Source of the DNA: Armatimonadota bacterium
Lineage (GTDB): Bacteria; Armatimonadota; UBA10988
Assembly: GCA_016235455.1 (NCBI GenBank)
Contig: JACRKZ010000177.1
Location: 1-31,827 of the forward strand
DNA: 31,827 nt
Reading direction: 5' to 3'
Shown in pieces: positions 26,382 through 31,827 of the stretch (positions are counted from its first letter, which is position 1; the number at the start of each line of letters is the position of its first letter). The position numbers and the translations under genes were made by a program. The notes under the pieces are model-generated. The model was given only the letters and a program-made list of their open reading frames with translations. It had not been told where the DNA came from and searched no databases.

Positions 26382-27572
26382 ATGCGCCAGTGGCGGCAGA
26401 GCCTGGTTGCGATGGTGGTGGTGGTAGCAGCGTTGACCGGCCGTGCCGGCGCCGCGCTGCCTGATGGCTGGGCTGGCCGCGACGTGGGCTCCTGCATTGT
26501 GCCTGGCTCGTCGCTGGAATCCGGTGGTACCTGGACGGTGAAGGCGTCCGGCCGCGATATCGGCGGCACCGGCGACACCTTCCGGTTTGTGTATCAGACG
26601 CTCAAGGGAGACGGCTCGGTGGTGGCGCGCGTGGCCAGCCTGGCCAACACCAACGAGTGGGCCAAGGCCGGTGTCATGGTGCGGGCCTCGCTGGACAAGG
26701 ACGAGTCCTTCGCCATGGCCGCGGTCACCCCGGCCAACGGTGTCCGCCTGCAGTCTCGTCCCCAGCAAGGCGCGGCGGCTACGCAGAGCGAGGCGAAGGC
26801 CGGCGGCCCGGCGCCATACTGGGTGAAGCTGGAACGTGCCGGCGGCGCGGTCACGGCTTCTTGCTCAGCCGACGGCAAGGAGTGGAAGGAAGTAGGCAAG
26901 ACCGACGTGCGCTTGCCCGTGGTGGCTTACGTGGGGCTCTGCCTGACCAGCCACGACAACAGCACGCTCGGCGCGGCGACCTTCGACAACGTGGCCGTGA
27001 CGCGGGCCGGCGGGGCTATGCCCGCACCGTGGAAGGCCGCCGATGTGGGTGCGGTCAACCCCGAAGGCGAATCCGCGCTGAACGCGGGCAAGTGGACGCT
27101 GACGGCCGCGGGCGCGGACATCTGGGACCCGTCGGACTCCTTCCATTTCGTCTACCAGGTATTGTCGGGCGACGGCACCATCGTGGCCAAGGTGCTGCGG
27201 CTGGAGGCCGTCGACGGCTGGTCGAAGTGCGGCGTGATGGTGCGCGAAACGCTCAACCCGGCGTCGGCCCACATCATGGCGGTCGTCTCGGGCAGCAATG
27301 GCGTGCATGTCCAGTTGCGTCCCAGTACCGACGGCGCCTGCCTGGATAGCGCCCAGAACGCCGGCGAGGCCGCGCCGTACTGGGTCAAGCTCCAGCGCAA
27401 GGGCGACACATTCACGGGATTCTGCTCCAAAGACGGCAAAGAGTGGGCCCAAGTGCATCAGACGGATGTCAAAATGGCCAAGGACGTGTTGGTCGGCCTG
27501 TGCTTGACCTCGCACAACGAGGGCCAGGCGACCACCGCGGAGGTGTCTGACGTCACGGTCACACAGGGCTGA
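26382..27572 (+). CDS. Secreted protein with two tandem concanavalin-A-like (DUF1349-like) beta-sandwich repeats
   Basis: Signal peptide after GAGGAG. Each repeat has W...DVG, G.DI...D.F.FVYQ.L.GDG..VA.V, W.K.GVMVR, PYWVKL.R and VGLCLTSH. Confidence 0.85.
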   Translation: MRQWRQSLVAMVVVVAALTGRAGAALPDGWAGRDVGSCIVPGSSLESGGTWTVKASGRDIGGTGDTFRFVYQTLKGDGSVVARVASLANTNEWAKAGVMVRASLDKDESFAMAAVTPANGVRLQSRPQQGAAATQSEAKAGGPAPYWVKLERAGGAVTASCSADGKEWKEVGKTDVRLPVVAYVGLCLTSHDNSTLGAATFDNVAVTRAGGAMPAPWKAADVGAVNPEGESALNAGKWTLTAAGADIWDPSDSFHFVYQVLSGDGTIVAKVLRLEAVDGWSKCGVMVRETLNPASAHIMAVVSGSNGVHVQLRPSTDGACLDSAQNAGEAAPYWVKLQRKGDTFTGFCSKDGKEWAQVHQTDVKMAKDVLVGLCLTSHNEGQATTAEVSDVTVTQG

Positions 27573-27607
27573 ACTGGCATCCGCCTCGGTGCATCTGCCA
27601 GCGCGCC

Positions 27608-27637
27608 TTGCGTGCGTGTTCGGCACGGCTGTATAAT
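27608..27637 (+). promoter_or_regulatory. Sigma70-type promoter
   Basis: TTGCGT (27608-27613), 18-nt spacer, perfect TATAAT (27632-27637), which is rare in this GC-rich DNA. Confidence 0.7.
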
Positions 27638-27705
27638 GTGAGCCTGTTACCTGGTGGTCAGATAGGCCAGGTGCCAGGGGGCGACGGCAAATGGGGAGAG
27701 GCGGG

Positions 27706-30700
27706 ATGCGAACAGCAGCAAGTCGTATGAGCTGGATGGCGATGGGTCTGTGGTGCCTTACGGCGGCCTCGGCCCAGACGGCACGCCCACTCGACTTCTC
27801 CCAGGCCAGTTGGATTGGCAGCCCGGTTCCGGCGCAGCGCGTGGCCTTCGAGCGCGGTTTTGTGCTGCCGGCCGCGCCGCTGACCGCGCAGTTGCTGATG
27901 ACAGCCGACCCCAGCTACCAGGTGACCGTGAACGGCGCGACCGTGGGCGGCGGCACCGACTGGGGCCAGCCGCAGCGGTTCGACGTGACCCGCCTGTTGC
28001 GCGCCGGCGAGAATACCGTCGCGGCCACGGTGCCGCGCGGCGAAGCCGGTCGCGGCTCGCTGCTCGCAGCGCTGCGAGCGGTGACCGGTGACGGTACGGT
28101 GGTCGAACTGCGCACCGACAAGCAGTGGCGCGCGGGCGAGGCCGGCGCCGCCGCCTCGGCACTGCAGCCGGCGGCCGAGATCGGTGCCTACGGCAGTCAG
28201 CCCTACGGTCGGCTGACCCGCATGTCCATGGTTGAGGCGCTGGCCGCCATGGCAGACGTCCGCTTGACCGTGCCCGCCGAGGGGCAATCGGCCAGCACCT
28301 TCCAAGGCAGCTACACGCGGCCCGAACTGGCCGACCGCTACCGCAGCTACGTCACTGTCGATCGTGGCAACGGCCGCTTCCGTGTCGCCGGGACGCCCAA
28401 GGCCATGTTGTTCGTGCGCTATAGCCAGCCTGGCGGCGGCTATGACGCTCCGTGCGTACGGCCGCAGGACTTCGATTTCGACCTGTTCGCCTCCGATCTC
28501 AAGACCCTCTCGGCCAACGGCCTGCAGATTGCGCTGGGCGGCTTCGGTTGGCGTGACCTGCTGGCTGCAGACGGCACGTGGCTGAAGCTGGCCCGCCAGC
28601 CCAAGGGCGCCGGCCTGCCGCTCTTCCGGTATGCCTATGAGGTCGTCGACTACGCCCTCGACCGCGTGCAGGAGCAGGGCCTCTCGGCCGTCGTGCTGCT
28701 CGACTTGCGCCAAGCGCTGCCCGCCGGCGCGGTGCCCGAGCCTTACGCCGACAAGATGCTTCTGGCGCCGCAGTTGTGGGACGCTGTGGTCCGTGGCCAG
28801 GCCAAGATCGCCGGCTACTTCGGCGAGCGGCCCGTGATCGCCGGCTGGTGCCTGGCGGCCGATGGGTTGCCTGTCTGGCCACAGCGCGCCGAGCCGCTGC
28901 TCACGCAGGCCTACCGCGAATACCTGACCGGCAAGTACGGCGGCATCGACGGCGTCAAGCGTGCCTGGAACGGCGCCGCCCCTGCCGCCATGGACAGTGT
29001 CGCCCTGCCCGCCGAGGGCGCCACCGACCAGGCCGCGTGCGATCTGGTCGCCATGCGCGAGGCGGTGACCGTGGCCCGGCTGAACGGTCTGGCCGACGCA
29101 CTGCGCGGCGCCGCGCCGCACCACCTGCTGGCCTTCGGTGACCCCGACCCCAGCACCGCGCTTGCCGAACCGCAGCGCTTGCGGTTTGACATCTACGGTA
29201 CGTTCGGCATGGCGCCGGCGCCGCTCGACCCGGCTGGTGAACTCGCGCCGCCGTCGCCGGCCGCATGGGCGTTGGCGCGTTCTGTTCGCGCCTTGCCACG
29301 GGCCAGCCTGGCGGGCACCTTGAGCGGCCGCTATGGCGCCGGCAGCATCGGCGCACGTGCTGGTCGCGCTGTCTTGCACGAGTGGGCCGAAAGCGTGACC
29401 GACGGCGCTGCCGGCTGCATCACGGCGCCTACCTGGGATCGCCTGACCGGGCGCGGGCCGGGCACGCAGTCGATGCCCGAACTGCCGGCGGTGAGCCGCT
29501 TGGCGACCGCCGTCGAGGCGCTGCAGAAGCCGTTCATGGCCTATCCGCCGCGCGTCCTCGTCGTCCGCGGCCAGGGGCTGCCGGCGGCGACGGAGCAGAC
29601 CTCCGCGGCGCGCCTGGCTGAAACCCTGGAGCGGCTGCACGTGCCCTACGATGTGCTGGCGCCCAGCGCCGTGGGCGGGCTCGAAGAGGCCTTCCATGCC
29701 GACCTGGGTCGCTACCGCATGGTCATCATCCCGGCCATTCGACGGCTGCCCGATGACGGGTTCTGGACGGCGGTCGACCGCTGGCTCGGCGAGAGCGGCA
29801 CGGCGGAGCGCACGCTGTTGGTGGGCCGCGTCGCCACCGCGGGTCCGTTGTCGCCGGTCGCCGCCAAGGTCATTGCCGGCTGGGCGGCCGGTGGCGACGC
29901 CGCGGTCGATGCCGGCGCGTTCTCGGTCAAGCAGCCCATCGCGGCGCTGCCGGCCGGTCGCCTGCTGGCCTGGCCGAGCGCGCAGTTGCCCGTGGTCGAC
30001 GTACCTTCCGAGGGCGGCACCGTCATCGGTACCATGCAGGGCCATGGCACCGAGCGACCCGTGCTGGTGGCGCGCCGGAGCGCGGCAGGCCATCGGCTGG
30101 TGGCGGCCGGGTTTGATCTGGGCCTGGGCGAGGTGCCGGTGATCAACGCTGCGCTGTGGGACACGCTGACCTACTTGGGCCGCGGGCTGCTGGAGTCGAC
30201 GGATATCGTGACACCCATCCAGTCGCCGGGCGCGCTGACCGTGCGACTCAGCGAGGATGGCGGCACCGCCGTGGCCATTGAGCGCGGCGGGGACTCGCCC
30301 GACGTGCTGTGGACCACGGGCGCATCGCGGCCGGAAAGCGTGTGGGCCGGCGCGGAGACGCGCTTCGCCGGAGACGGTACGGTCTCGGTGGCGGCGCCCA
30401 TCGCGCCCTACCAGGTCAAGCTGTTCGAGGCGGTCGGCGAAGTCCACGGCCTGGACGCCGACGAGCGCGCCAAGGTGCAGGCCAATCAGCCCACGGGCGA
30501 GGGCCTGAGCGTCACGGCGCAGGGGCCCGATGGCATGATGGTCCGGCTGCGCACCATCCCCAGCGGCAACTTCACCGTGCGGCAGGCCAACGGCACGCCG
30601 CAGACCGAGCGAGCCGATGAGGAGGGCAATGCCGAGGCGACGCTGGACGCCGGCAAGCCGGTGACGATGCAGCTCTACGGCGCTGTGGCGCCGCCGACGC

Positions 30701-31722
30701 AGGTCGTCACCGCCGCGGACTATGTCTCGCTGGCCGACTACTACGTACAGCGCCGCGACATCGACCGCGCCTTCGGCGAGTTGGCGCGGCTGAGCGCATC
30801 CTACCCCGGCACCGAGGTGGCCAAGCTCGCCGACCTGCGGGCCGACGCGCTGCGCAAGCGCTGCGGCGCGGTGGTGCTGGTCAACTGCACCGACCAGCCG
30901 GTGATGGCCAACTACGCGGGCATGCAGCTAAGCAGCGGCGTGGTGGAGCCCGGTCGTGAGCGGCGCTTCCTGCTGTGGGCCGGCGGCTACCGCGAGGAGA
31001 TTCGCGACATCTACGGCTATCTGGCCCAGGGCGAGGAACGCTCGAACATGATCGTGACCGCGGGTCAGGTCGATGTGCGCGAATGGGCCGGTGAGGCCGG
31101 CGCTACGGCGGTAAAGTTGCTCCGTTCGCGCCTGGCGCCCGAAGAGCGCCAGACACTGGCCAGCACGACTCAGCAGCAGTTGGGCCTGGCGCAGGCGCAA
31201 GCCGAGGGTGGCGCGGGCACCGGGACGGCCAAGCCCGGTCAGGGCGCCGAGCCGCCATTGGCTGGCGCCATCACCGTTGACTACGACCTGGTCAAGAGCC
31301 TGCCGACCAAGGCTGCCGGCGTCAGTCGCTTCACGGTGCGCAACCGCACCTCGCGCAAGGCGTTGCTGATGATCCGGCACCGGGCGCTGCCGCCGAACCC
31401 GGTCACGCTGGAGGAGGTGCCGGTTGACCCCAAGCGCACCGCCGCCACCGAGGCTGACCTGGAGGGCACCTACGACCTCTGGATCCATTTCCCCGACAGC
31501 GGCCAGGACCTGACCATCGGTGAGCACAAGGCCGATGGCTCGGTCTTCGTCGTCACCGTCGGCGAGTACACGCCTCAGCAGATGGAGCGTCGCAAGCTCG
31601 ACAAGCGGCGCCGGGCCAGCGGGACGACGCGGACCAAGCGGACGGTGCCGACCCCGTCGTCGGAGTCGTCGTCGTTCGGCGGCCAATCGCCCTTTGGCGG
31701 CACATCGCTGGGCGGCAAGTGA
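27706..31722 (+). CDS. Large secreted multidomain protein: rhamnosidase-N-like beta-sandwich, GH42/GH5-like barrel, GATase-like domain, TPR-like segment, basic tail
   Basis: ATG after GGAGAGG; signal peptide. ASWIG..FER.F..TADPSYQVTVNG..FDVTRLLRAGENTVA; YREYLTGKYGGIDGVKRAWN (GH42-like); LERLHVPYDVL; YPGTEVAKLA. Confidence 0.78.
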   Translation: MRTAASRMSWMAMGLWCLTAASAQTARPLDFSQASWIGSPVPAQRVAFERGFVLPAAPLTAQLLMTADPSYQVTVNGATVGGGTDWGQPQRFDVTRLLRAGENTVAATVPRGEAGRGSLLAALRAVTGDGTVVELRTDKQWRAGEAGAAASALQPAAEIGAYGSQPYGRLTRMSMVEALAAMADVRLTVPAEGQSASTFQGSYTRPELADRYRSYVTVDRGNGRFRVAGTPKAMLFVRYSQPGGGYDAPCVRPQDFDFDLFASDLKTLSANGLQIALGGFGWRDLLAADGTWLKLARQPKGAGLPLFRYAYEVVDYALDRVQEQGLSAVVLLDLRQALPAGAVPEPYADKMLLAPQLWDAVVRGQAKIAGYFGERPVIAGWCLAADGLPVWPQRAEPLLTQAYREYLTGKYGGIDGVKRAWNGAAPAAMDSVALPAEGATDQAACDLVAMREAVTVARLNGLADALRGAAPHHLLAFGDPDPSTALAEPQRLRFDIYGTFGMAPAPLDPAGELAPPSPAAWALARSVRALPRASLAGTLSGRYGAGSIGARAGRAVLHEWAESVTDGAAGCITAPTWDRLTGRGPGTQSMPELPAVSRLATAVEALQKPFMAYPPRVLVVRGQGLPAATEQTSAARLAETLERLHVPYDVLAPSAVGGLEEAFHADLGRYRMVIIPAIRRLPDDGFWTAVDRWLGESGTAERTLLVGRVATAGPLSPVAAKVIAGWAAGGDAAVDAGAFSVKQPIAALPAGRLLAWPSAQLPVVDVPSEGGTVIGTMQGHGTERPVLVARRSAAGHRLVAAGFDLGLGEVPVINAALWDTLTYLGRGLLESTDIVTPIQSPGALTVRLSEDGGTAVAIERGGDSPDVLWTTGASRPESVWAGAETRFAGDGTVSVAAPIAPYQVKLFEAVGEVHGLDADERAKVQANQPTGEGLSVTAQGPDGMMVRLRTIPSGNFTVRQANGTPQTERADEEGNAEATLDAGKPVTMQLYGAVAPPTQVVTAADYVSLADYYVQRRDIDRAFGELARLSASYPGTEVAKLADLRADALRKRCGAVVLVNCTDQPVMANYAGMQLSSGVVEPGRERRFLLWAGGYREEIRDIYGYLAQGEERSNMIVTAGQVDVREWAGEAGATAVKLLRSRLAPEERQTLASTTQQQLGLAQAQAEGGAGTGTAKPGQGAEPPLAGAITVDYDLVKSLPTKAAGVSRFTVRNRTSRKALLMIRHRALPPNPVTLEEVPVDPKRTAATEADLEGTYDLWIHFPDSGQDLTIGEHKADGSVFVVTVGEYTPQQMERRKLDKRRRASGTTRTKRTVPTPSSESSSFGGQSPFGGTSLGGK

Positions 31723-31827
31723 ACCGAGATCAGGCCGGGTCGACACCGCGCATCGCGGTACTCGACCCGGTCGTCGCCAACCAGATAGCGGCTGGCGAGG
31801 TCGTCGAGCGCCCAGCCAGCGTGGTCA
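31719..31827 (+). CDS. mutL: DNA mismatch repair protein MutL (3'-truncated by the window)
   Basis: GTG at 31719 overlaps the upstream TGA and reads MNRDQAGSTPRIAVLDPVVANQIAAGEVVERPASVV, the canonical MutL N-terminal signature. Not in the ORF track. Confidence 0.92.
   Translation, partial: MNRDQAGSTPRIAVLDPVVANQIAAGEVVERPASVV

Noticed and set aside
27658-30447. 929-aa minus-strand ORF (also 3271..5277, 13878..15203, 16492..17553 and similar)
   Set aside because: These are antisense shadows of real genes, expected at high GC3, and have no recognisable motifs.
1-31827. CRISPR array, tRNA/rRNA, IS element or prophage
   Set aside because: No regularly spaced direct repeats, cloverleafs, transposase, integrase or phage structural genes were seen by eye.

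Overview
High-GC bacterial chromosomal window with no mobile elements, CRISPR arrays, tRNA or rRNA. The gene content (a prepilin/H-X9-DG DUF1559-type protein, giant secreted glycoside-hydrolase-like proteins, HEAT-repeat and ThuA proteins) suggests Armatimonadota or a PVC-like lineage; this is inference only. In order, it holds: a partial membrane protein; a DUF1559-type pseudopilin divergent from a 1336-aa multidomain glycosidase and a HEAT protein; a sigma70 promoter and structured ~200-nt leader (with a 42-codon Arg-rich uORF and a terminator-like hairpin) before a small HNH endonuclease; and a long minus-strand run (secreted serine hydrolase, ABC-2 transporter, NAGPA-like lipoprotein, DUF3857/transglutaminase, lipoprotein, D-2-hydroxyacid dehydrogenase, G1P thymidylyltransferase, HAD hydrolase). 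These are followed by two tandem DUF6935-like paralogs, an exported TIM-barrel isomerase-like protein, DUF1444-like/TPR/ThuA genes, a stand-alone ACP-FabF-Nudix unit, a beta-propeller protein, QueD, a two-repeat beta-sandwich protein, a 1338-aa apparently degenerate clan GH-A protein, and the 5' end of mutL. The best novelty candidate is the structured RNA/uORF/attenuator-like element upstream of the HNH nuclease. All family calls come from motif recognition by eye; no searches were run.
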